Part shown: in pieces, positions 5,636 through 12,660 of the stretch | Position numbering within the stretch: position 1 is the first letter of the stretch | How the letters are laid out: the number at the start of each line of letters is the position of its first letter | Source of the DNA: Planctomycetota bacterium | Lineage (GTDB): Bacteria > Planctomycetota > Planctomycetia > Gemmatales > Gemmataceae | Assembly: GCA_021809185.1 (NCBI GenBank) | Contig: JAKBAI010000168.1 | Coordinates: 1 to 12,660 of the forward strand | Reading direction: 5' to 3' | DNA: 12,660 bases | Position numbers and translations under genes: made by a program | The notes under the pieces: model-generated | What the model was told of the DNA's origin: nothing | The model's database searches: none | Seen by the model: only the letters and a program-made list of their open reading frames with translations

Positions 5636-8600
5636 ATGCACCGAGAAATATCTCACACCGATTTACTAGGACCACGTAAAAGCAACACCTCTTTATACGT
5701 GTTTTCATTATTTGTTGGATTTTTACTCGCTCGTGATCTACTCCCCAAATTGCAAGAAGGGTTTCGCTATTTCGGGATCGAAACGGGTCAAAGTACGCGA
5801 TTCCTGTTTGATTATCGATATGCTCTCCTGGCCGCTATCGTTGGTGGAGCACGAGTATTATTTTACTCACTGGAAAAATTGTTGGAAGGCAAGCTCGTCG
5901 CCGATCTAGCGATAGCGATTGCTTGTCTAGCCGCTATTGCCATGAAAGAGCCGCTGGTAGCTAGCGAAGTTGTTTTTATTGGCTTATTGGGCGAATGCCT
6001 GGAAGCTTACACCATGCAGCGGGGCCAGAGTGGAATTGCTCAATTAATTGAACTATTTCCACTCCGGACATGGGTTTTACGCAACGGTAGCGAAGTTCGC
6101 ATCTTGACTACCGAGCTTGTGCGCGGGGATGAAGTGGTTGTCAAACCGGGTGGAAAAATCCCGGTGGATGGCACGATTATGAGCGGTTCGAGCTGCATCG
6201 ATTTTAGCGCTTTGACAGGAGAGAGTATTCCCCAAGATAAATCGGTAGGGGATAAAGTATTTGCCGGTGGAATCAACCAGCAAGGCCAAATAACAATTCG
6301 AGCGGAAGCTGTTTACCAACAGACGGTTGCTGGCAAAGTAATCGATTATACCGTACAAGCCTTACAAGATAAAACGAAACAGGAACGAATTGTAGATCGC
6401 TATGCCCGCTATTTCTTGCCGGTGGTGCTTCTCATTGCTCTATTAACTCTGCTGGGCAATCTTTTCGCCTATATGGGACCGTTTCGACCAGCTAGCCAAC
6501 GGCTGAACTTCGTCCCTGCTCTGTATCTGGGTCTCTACCCGACGCTATCGGTATTAGTGGTCGCGTGCCCCTGTGCGCTGATTTTGGCAACCCCTGCTGC
6601 AATGGTTGCTGCCTTGGGTCGACTTGCTGGAACAGGTATCCTCATAAAAGGAGTATCGGTTCTGGAGAAACTCACGCAAGTGAACGCGATCGCTTTTGAT
6701 AAAACAGGTACACTCACCGAAGGGAAATTGGCTCTCTCATCTATTTTACCCGAACCGGGCTATCAAGAACTCGCTATCTTGCAAATCATGAGTAGTATCG
6801 AACAGAGCAGCGACCATCCTATTGCGCAATGCTTCCAGCGTGAACGGGAATCTCGCCAGCTACCCCTGCTGGCTATGTCGAATTATCAAACCGTTCCTGG
6901 CCAAGGAATGAGTGCCGAGTATAATCAGGAGTTCTACTGGGCAGGTAGCTCACGCTGGCTTGCCACGCAAGGCATTATTTTAAGTGAAGAACAAACGCAA
7001 ACTCTGAACCGATTGCATCAGCAAAGCGAAACCGTTATCTTTCTAGGTAAAAACAAAGATGTGATCGGCTTTTTTGGCGTTAAAGATACCATTCGCGCGG
7101 ATGCCGAACATACACTTATCGAATTGAGAAAATCGGGAATTGAAAAAATCCTTATTCTGAGTGGCGATCAACAAAATATCGTTGAACATGTTGCGGAAAC
7201 CCTTGCCATCAAAGAGTATTATGGAAATTGTCTTCCCCTCGAAAAGGCCGAGAAAATAAAAGAATTTAGCACGGCAGCGATCGTAAACCCCGCTTTGGCT
7301 AGCAACGATACTACTCATCGTTCAAATCCAAGCGACGATTCTATCGCCTTTTCTATCGGCTATCCTATCAGCTCAACAACGAAGGGGAGCACACCCCCCT
7401 CCTATCGGTTTGCCTTTGTTGGAGATGGTATCAACGACGCTCCAGCTCTGGTTGCTGCCGAAGTTGGTATTGCCGTGGGAAGTGGTAGCGACCTCGCGCG
7501 GCATGCCGGCTCTATTGTTTTATTAGGGTCTCCTTTATCTTCGTTACCGTTGTTGTTTCGCTTGTCCCGCGAAACAATGCGAATCATCCAGCAAAATCTG
7601 ATCTTGTTTGCCTTTGGCGCGAACATCCTTGGAATTATTATCACGGCCTGGCTTTGGCCGCTCTTATCCCCTTCCTCCTTATGGTATGAACAGTCCCCCC
7701 TTGCTGCGGCCATATATCATCAATTTGGGTCGTTAGCAGTCTTATTGAATTCGATGCGGCTCCTATTTTTTGAAAACACCAAAGTAGCGAAAAGCTGGCA
7801 AAAGATTCAACAGCTATTCGAATCTCTACAAAAAAGCACCTTCCTTCCGTTTGATCTCGATCAGTTTTTACACACCCTTTTTGATTGGCGCAAACCGATC
7901 ATGACCGCCTGCGCGGGTTTAGCACTATTAGCATACTGCGGCACGGGCATTGTTATCATCCAAGCTAATGAAATTGGCATTGTGCAAACATTAGGACGTT
8001 GGTCGCGTGATCTTCCCCCAGGATGGCATTGGTGCTGGCCGATAGGGATCGATCAAATTACCAAACTAAAACCAGAGACCGAACAGATTGTCGAAATCGG
8101 GTTTCGCACTTTACCTAGTTCGAATCTAGACCAATCCCCTTTGCAGATTGATAGCCGGGTCCGAAATCAGCTAAGGGTGCGTGGACTAATCTGGGCCAGC
8201 GCCCATGGGGACAATATCCAGCGCTTAACCGATGAAGCGATCATGATAACCGGAGATGGCGACCTGATCGAGTTACTAGCCACTTTACGCTATACAATCC
8301 GCGACCCCCACCAATATCTATTCCAAGCCAACGATATACCGCAGATCGTGCAACAGATTACGGAGACGGTTTTCCGTGAACAGCTCGCGGGTCGATCGTT
8401 TCTGGATTTATTGACGACTCAACGGCTGGATCTCCAACGCCGAGCAGAATCGATTACCCAATTTCGCTGTGATACTATAATCCCTGGCGGACTCGGTATC
8501 ACGATTAAGGGTATCAGTATAGGAGACTTGCACCCACCGCAGGAGGTTGTCCCTGCCTATCATGAAGTGGCTCGCGCGATTCAACTAAGAGATCAACAGG

Positions 8601-9076
8601 TTAACAATGCAAAAGCGGACGCCATTCGTAAAGTTCGCTTGGCTCAAGAATCATCTTTACAAATGATCCGTACCGCCGAAGCTAAAAGCCATGAAAAGAT
8701 TGCCCAAGCTCAGGCCGATCGGGATAACTTTCTAGCTTGGCATCTCTATCGGTCCGAATTAACTTCAGAAGAAGAGAATCGGCTCAAAGCGTTAATGGCA
8801 AAATGGCAGCAAGATGGGTTCAACATTCAGGAAATACAAAGCCGACGAATTCAGGAACGATTATTGATGCTCCAGACCAAACAAAATCTCTCCGAATCGC
8901 AATTAATGTGGACTATGCTCACTTCCGTATTAAAAAATCGTGATAAAATTATCATCGATGCCGATAACCTACCGGGGAAAAGACAACTATTTTTGGTTGA
9001 TCCGAATTCGCTTCGCCCGAATCTCCTTTTGCCACCGGATTCCCTCAAACAGGCTATGCCGGAACGTAAAGATTAG
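5636..9076 (+). CDS. Fusion: P1B-type heavy-metal-translocating P-type ATPase (no N-terminal metal-binding domain) fused to a C-terminal HflK-like SPFH/band-7 domain with its own TM anchor and coiled-coil tail
   Basis: Single 1146-aa ORF. ATPase motifs: TGES actuator motif (ALTGESIP), TM6 [10 protein letters not shown] (Cys at 6566-6574), DKTGTLT (6698-), SxHP (SSDHPIAQ) and [10 protein letters not shown] (7421-). The ATPase part ends ~[10 protein letters not shown] (7742-7771). After a ~45-aa linker comes the TM helix [21 protein letters not shown] (7898-). From there the sequence aligns to HflK. [27 protein letters not shown] matches [59 protein letters not shown] matches the LLTADENIVDVDFAVQYRIVDPEKYLF region. 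[21 protein letters not shown] matches PPEEVKAAFDDVIKARED. A coiled-coil tail follows. Confidence 0.85.
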   Translation: [1146 protein letters not shown]

Positions 9077-9157
9077 TTTCTTATCGTTTGATTGTGCTCA
9101 ATAAATATAAACTGATCAATAATCTAGATTACGAAATGACTATCTCGAATAGAATCA

Positions 9158-9175
9158 GGGGGGCTTACGCCCCCC
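9158..9175. terminator. Perfect GC hairpin (GGGGGGC-TTAC-GCCCCCC) between convergent genes; candidate bidirectional intrinsic terminator
   Basis: Read directly: 7-bp perfect stem made only of G and C, with a 4-nt loop, in an otherwise AT-rich 165-bp gap between the + gene ending at 9076 and the - gene ending at 9242. The flanking U-runs are poor, so confidence is moderate. Confidence 0.5.
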
Positions 9176-9241
9176 GCTCGACTTGGTTGAAGGATAACGA
9201 CCCCAGCAAGAGATCTAAATAAGCTTTTGACTCGTGGACAA

Positions 9242-10363
9242 TTACTTTAATTTTTTCTTTGGTGTTGCTTCGTGAGCGTTCAGGTTATTTAGGACTTCTT
9301 TCAATTTAGCCTGAGCTGTGCTATTTTCTGGTAACGGTTTTTCCTGAATCGCTGGTAAAAGTTTCTCCCAGATCGCATTCAGTTGACCTTGCATATTATT
9401 GGTTTTTGCGGTGATGGCGATAACAGCATCTAATTCGGGAAGAACAATACAGAATTGCCCATCCTTTCCATCGCCGCGAAAAGCATGATGACGACAACGC
9501 CAGAATTGATAGCAGTAGCCCTGATCCCAATCGCTATTAGGATTACTTCCATTCGATGTTTGTTTGGTGGTGGCCATGGAGACCCAAGATTCCGGAATGA
9601 GTTGTTTTCCTTGCCATTTCCCTTTTTGGAGATATAGTTGACCAAACTTAGCGATATCTTCGGTACGAATAAATAAGCCATAGCCACCGATACTAATTCC
9701 TTGGGGGCTGGCATCCCAGACCGGATCGTCGATACGCAGAGGGTCGAAAAGTCGTGGTTTCAGATAATCTAAAACAGTATTCCCTGTTGTTTTTTGCACA
9801 ATAGCGGAAAGCATGTAGGTAGCTGGGGTATTGTACATAAAGTGTGTGCCGGGTTTAAAAGGAACGGGGTGAGCGAGGAACGACTTTACCCAAGGAACAT
9901 CTTTCTGAAATCGCACTTCGCTGGTATGACCAGCAGACATGCAGAGCAGATCGCGGACACGCATATTGCGAAGATTGGCCGATGGGTTCTCTGGAGCCAT
10001 ATCGGGAAAGAACTTCAATACTTCATCATCCAGGGAAAATTTCCCTTCATGAATTGCTAACCCAACAGCGGTGGATGTAAAACTTTTGCTCAAAGAGAAC
10101 ATAACGTGCTTCGTTTCGGGGGTTTGTGGTTTCCACCAACCTTCGGCAACCACTTTCCCATGGCGAACGAGCATAAAACTATGCATGGTATTGATTTTCT
10201 TGTCTATCGTTTCGATAAATTCGATTATTCCCTGAGAAGATATTCCCTCCGCTTCTGGAGTGGAACGCGGTAAGGGAAAGGCCTTTTTATCCTCGCTGTA
10301 TAACGAGAATGGAGAGAAAAGACAGATAAAAGCAATTAGATAATTGGAACTTAAAAAACGCAT
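9242..10363 (-). CDS. Secreted beta-lactamase-family serine hydrolase (class C beta-lactamase / esterase-like)
   Basis: 373 aa. There is an N-terminal signal peptide (MRFLSSNYLIAFICLFSPFSLYS). The S-x-x-K active-site motif appears in FSLSKSFTSTAVGLAI, ~25 aa after a Gly/Trp-rich region typical of the family (LVRHGKVVAEGWW). Length and layout are consistent with the AmpC/EstB-like fold. A GAGG lies 9 nt upstream of the ATG. Confidence 0.75.
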   Translation of the reverse strand: MRFLSSNYLIAFICLFSPFSLYSEDKKAFPLPRSTPEAEGISSQGIIEFIETIDKKINTMHSFMLVRHGKVVAEGWWKPQTPETKHVMFSLSKSFTSTAVGLAIHEGKFSLDDEVLKFFPDMAPENPSANLRNMRVRDLLCMSAGHTSEVRFQKDVPWVKSFLAHPVPFKPGTHFMYNTPATYMLSAIVQKTTGNTVLDYLKPRLFDPLRIDDPVWDASPQGISIGGYGLFIRTEDIAKFGQLYLQKGKWQGKQLIPESWVSMATTKQTSNGSNPNSDWDQGYCYQFWRCRHHAFRGDGKDGQFCIVLPELDAVIAITAKTNNMQGQLNAIWEKLLPAIQEKPLPENSTAQAKLKEVLNNLNAHEATPKKKLK

Positions 10364-10389
10364 TTTTTTTTACCTCATTTATCAAGAGT

Positions 10390-10433
10390 GTAATAAGAGA
10401 GTAACAAGCATGTAACAAGCATGTATCAAGGCG
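10390..10433. repeat. 11-bp tandem direct repeat x4 (GTAATAAGAGA / GTAACAAGCAT / GTAACAAGCAT / GTATCAAGGCG), 27-70 bp upstream of the minus-strand start at 10363
   Basis: Read directly. The two central copies are identical and the outer ones are degenerate. Confidence 0.8.
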
Positions 10434-10460
10434 ATCGTTTGCGAAATTCCCCTTTCGGGT

Positions 10461-10533
10461 TCTCTAGACAGTATCTCTAGTCAGTATCTCTAGACAGTAT
10501 CTCTAGACAATATATAGACAGAGTATAGACAAT
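10461..10533. repeat. 13-bp tandem direct repeat TCTCTAGACAGTA x4 (single mismatches) plus ~1.5 degenerate copies (TATAGACAGAGTA TAGACAAT); each unit contains the palindrome TCTAGA
   Basis: Read directly: units at 10461-10473, 10474-10486 (A to T), 10487-10499 and 10500-10512 (G to A), then a degenerate tail to 10533. The array lies between the transglutaminase-like gene stop (10570) and the serine-hydrolase start (10363). Confidence 0.85.
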
Positions 10534-10569
10534 CAACCAAATAACAAATATTCTAATTTAACGGTTCGC

Positions 10570-12087
10570 TTATTTCGAAACAGCTTTCAGTTCTCGCGTC
10601 AAATCGATCATTTTGGGCGGAGCGTTCCCTCCCACATCAATTTCAAACTTATAGGGTAAACGGTTCACCTCGCGCGATACGGTTTTGATTGGTCCATACT
10701 GGATCCCTTTGCCATCCCATCGGGATCTTTTTTGAGGATTGGCAATATTCGATTCTTGATAACGATAGGTTACCACCAGTTTAGAATTATCTGGGAGTTT
10801 ATTGTTGTTACAGCTTACGGTAATCTTATTTTTGCCGGGAATTAGATAGGGCAAAGCGTTTCGATTGTGTTCGACCTGGGCTTTTAATTGGAGATTCTGA
10901 ATATTCCCTTGAAATTCCAGTTTGAAAGAGAGATGATATTTTTGTTTTGCCAGTTTAGAAATATCTTCCCAACGGCAGAGTTGCCACGATTTACCTCGAT
11001 TGGTAGAAACCGCAATAACATCATCTTTGCGATTGGAATCGGTCGATATATTTACAGATACGAAGGGATACGCAGAAGGGAGTTGCAAAATCAAAACCCC
11101 TTTGCCATTATTTTTGTTAGGATCCTGAACCGTTAGGCCATGTTGAGTAACCATGGCATTTTGAAATTCCAGATAATCGAAGGGCTGATCGGGTTGAAAA
11201 TGGACTTGATAAAGAAAGGTGCCATTCGACCAGTTTCGCGGGCCGTAATGTTCCAAACGTGGTCCGAGAACTTTGTCATGGATAAAATCTTTGATTCCAC
11301 AAGAATGTTGTGGAGGTTTTCCAGAAACAGCAAACCCAAAAGGATCCCCTTTCCAGGCTAAGGTCAATGAACTATGGAGGGGTAAATGAACCAATGGTTG
11401 GTAATCTTGGTCACGCCAGGTAACGGAGGCCCAGCCTTTGGCATTTCCTTCAATATGCCGATGTTGACAGCCTTGGATAACATCCTGAGGCGCATCTCCA
11501 CAACATAAATTTTGCCGAGCGGCTCGATTTTCTTTCATAGCATCCAGCACAATCGAAGGATCTTTGGCAATCTCTTCTTGAGAAACAATATGCGTTTTAT
11601 CTTTCGACCAATAATAGCACTTGAGAAAGACATCAAAATAGTGCCAACGATTATCGTATTTCACTTCGATCGTGGTGTGTCCGGGCCAACCCACATAGCG
11701 GCATTCCCAACCCGCGGTTTCAAAAAGTGCTTTGAGGACCGTATGCTGACCTCCGCAAAGCCCCCACCCATACACATTAATTATCTTTAACGGCCCAACC
11801 GATTGCGGAGCCGATTCCACCGGATAAGCCCAATGAAAGATCGTGTTATGAAGATATTCGTAAATCGCAATTGCTTTTTCATCATTGGTTTTCGCCTGCG
11901 CTCGTTGGATTGCTTGTTGAACAATCGTTTCCAGCGATGAAGAATCGATGGTTTGATCGGTTGTTATTTTCACCCCTTTGACATCTGCCCTTAGCTGATG
12001 GCACATAAATAAATCAGAATGGATTATCATCAATAAAGACCATGTCCAAACTGAGAAATATGTTCGTAAACGGTGCATGGTTGTCAT
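10570..12087 (-). CDS. Secreted transglutaminase-like (Cys-His-Asp papain-fold) domain protein with beta-rich C-terminal region
   Basis: 505 aa. The core GLCGGQHTVLKALFETAGWECRYVGWPGHTTIEVKYDNRWHYFD matches the transglutaminase-like pattern G.C...A.L...LR..GIPAR.V.G....HAW.EV.....W..FD (Cys, then His, then Asp). The signal-peptide-like N-terminus is MHRLRTYFSVWTWSLLMIIHS. The more likely start is the second ATG at 12078, which has a GAGG 9 nt upstream. The first ATG at 12087 abuts the GAGG with no spacer. Confidence 0.75.
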   Translation of the reverse strand: MTTMHRLRTYFSVWTWSLLMIIHSDLFMCHQLRADVKGVKITTDQTIDSSSLETIVQQAIQRAQAKTNDEKAIAIYEYLHNTIFHWAYPVESAPQSVGPLKIINVYGWGLCGGQHTVLKALFETAGWECRYVGWPGHTTIEVKYDNRWHYFDVFLKCYYWSKDKTHIVSQEEIAKDPSIVLDAMKENRAARQNLCCGDAPQDVIQGCQHRHIEGNAKGWASVTWRDQDYQPLVHLPLHSSLTLAWKGDPFGFAVSGKPPQHSCGIKDFIHDKVLGPRLEHYGPRNWSNGTFLYQVHFQPDQPFDYLEFQNAMVTQHGLTVQDPNKNNGKGVLILQLPSAYPFVSVNISTDSNRKDDVIAVSTNRGKSWQLCRWEDISKLAKQKYHLSFKLEFQGNIQNLQLKAQVEHNRNALPYLIPGKNKITVSCNNNKLPDNSKLVVTYRYQESNIANPQKRSRWDGKGIQYGPIKTVSREVNRLPYKFEIDVGGNAPPKMIDLTRELKAVSK

Positions 12088-12138
12088 CCTCGATTGAAAA
12101 TCGATGCTCGTTGAAATTCGTTCGTTGGCTTTTTATAT

Positions 12139-12180
12139 AGCTTGCTAATTAAAGCTTGCTAATTAAAGCTTGCTAATTAA
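12139..12180. repeat. 14-bp perfect tandem direct repeat AGCTTGCTAATTAA x3, 52-93 bp upstream of the minus-strand transglutaminase-like start
   Basis: Read directly: three identical units at 12139-12152, 12153-12166 and 12167-12180, followed by a partial agaatga. Confidence 0.9.
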
Positions 12181-12459
12181 AGAATGATAAATGGAGCGGT
12201 TGCTATCATCCCAATCTTATTCTAATGAATTTAAATAAGAGTAATTCGAGCAGTAATCTAGATTTTAGGATAGGAGCTTAGATTAGACAAGCCAATTCAA
12301 TTGGAAAAATCGAATAGATCCCCGTTCATGAATCATCTGAAATTGGTAATCTGATGATCAACCGCAAATAAAAGTTGGGATTTCGATAAAAATCTGTTCC
12401 AACAGAAAAATGAAAATCGAGGAGAAAGTGAGAAAAGAGGGGAAAGAGTAGTTGAATTA

Positions 12460-12660
12460 TTAATGCAAAAAAACAAATGAGGACTCTTTGAGTCCCCATT
12501 TGGCAAGATTATTATCGATTTCGATTGATTGAAGAGAACTATTCACTTCTGGTGGAGGGTAAACCGGGGAGATTGAACCCAGCACCGCCTTTGAGAAGCT
12601 GTTGTCGCGCTTGGGTTTGCTGGCCCAGACCATGAATTTTGATAAATCCTTGCGCAGCAT
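12460..12660 (-). CDS. Probable 3' end of a minus-strand gene extending beyond the window (unknown product)
   Basis: The open frame reaches the window edge, and the M at 12660 may be internal. It ends exactly at a hairpin plus U-run terminator, which supports a real gene end. No recognisable motifs. Confidence 0.3.
   Translation of the reverse strand: MLRKDLSKFMVWASKPKRDNSFSKAVLGSISPVYPPPEVNSSLQSIEIDNNLAKWGLKESSFVFLH
12466..12496 (-). terminator. Intrinsic terminator on the minus strand: stem GGACUC-AAA-GAGUCC followed by a U-run (UCAUUUGUUUUUUU)
   Basis: Plus strand 12481-12495 ggactctttgagtcc is a perfect 6-bp inverted repeat with a 3-nt loop. On the minus strand it is followed immediately by a T-rich run (complement of 12466-12478 aaaaaaacaaatg). 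It overlaps the last codons and stop of the minus ORF at 12460..12660. Confidence 0.55.

Noticed and set aside
7750-7960. ATPase–HflK junction as a frameshift artefact joining two genes
   Set aside because: This cannot be excluded without resequencing. The frame is nonetheless continuous across 1146 codons, and the junction has no homopolymer run typical of indel errors. An in-frame internal ATG at 7901 exists, but there is no upstream stop. It is kept as a genuine fusion, flagged for verification.
4733-9048. Small ORFs inside scpA and the ATPase–HflK gene on either strand (4733..4930-, 5141..5398-, 5712..5909+, 6040..6358-, 6535..6717-, 7043..7318-, 7402..7713-, 8737..8943+, 8851..9048-)
   Set aside because: All are embedded in, or antisense to, long ORFs with strong homology signatures and have no distinguishing features. 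They are treated as frame noise.
10390-10533. CRISPR array
   Set aside because: The repeat units are only 11 to 13 bp and directly abut one another with no unique spacers. No cas genes are nearby.
1-12660. Mobile element or genomic island borders
   Set aside because: There is no transposase, integrase or recombinase ORF, no tRNA gene, and no long terminal inverted or direct repeats flanking any segment. The tandem repeats are short and local.

Overview
Bacterial chromosomal window with moderate to low GC. The taxon cannot be assigned from sequence alone. Nine protein-coding genes are supported. (1) On the minus strand at 1..652, a lipoprotein gene that is missing from the ORF track because its 3' end runs off the window edge. 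It looks like an M48-family peptidase with a degenerate HExxH motif. (2) A divergently transcribed plus-strand cluster forms a putative sulfur-carrier module. It starts with a TusA-like protein carrying an N-terminal Cys/His-rich domain (1252..2178). A DsrE/DsrF-like protein follows 6 bp downstream (2185..2547). Then comes an unusual 556-aa fusion of a TusA-like domain to a cobalamin-independent methionine-synthase (MetE) catalytic domain with intact Zn ligands (2764..4434). (3) scpA (4578..5417), with no adjacent scpB. (4) A 1146-aa ORF at 5636..9076 fusing a complete P1B-type heavy-metal ATPase to a C-terminal HflK-like SPFH/band-7 domain that has its own TM anchor. The ATPase has CPC, DKTGT and GDGINDAP motifs and no N-terminal metal-binding domain. 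(5) Convergent minus-strand genes for a secreted beta-lactamase-family serine hydrolase (9242..10363) and a secreted transglutaminase-like protein (10570..12087). (6) A partial minus-strand ORF tail at 12460..12660 with an intrinsic terminator. Non-coding features are a perfect G6C/GC6 hairpin between the convergent genes, and four separate short tandem direct-repeat arrays (11 to 14 bp units) just upstream of three different start codons. There is also an in-frame 15-bp x3 coding repeat, and CT- and GA-rich tracts. No rRNA/tRNA, CRISPR array, transposase or integrase was seen. The most interesting candidate system is the TusA-like / DsrE-like / TusA–MetE-like gene set, which would couple persulfide relay proteins to a Zn-dependent thiol methyltransferase domain.
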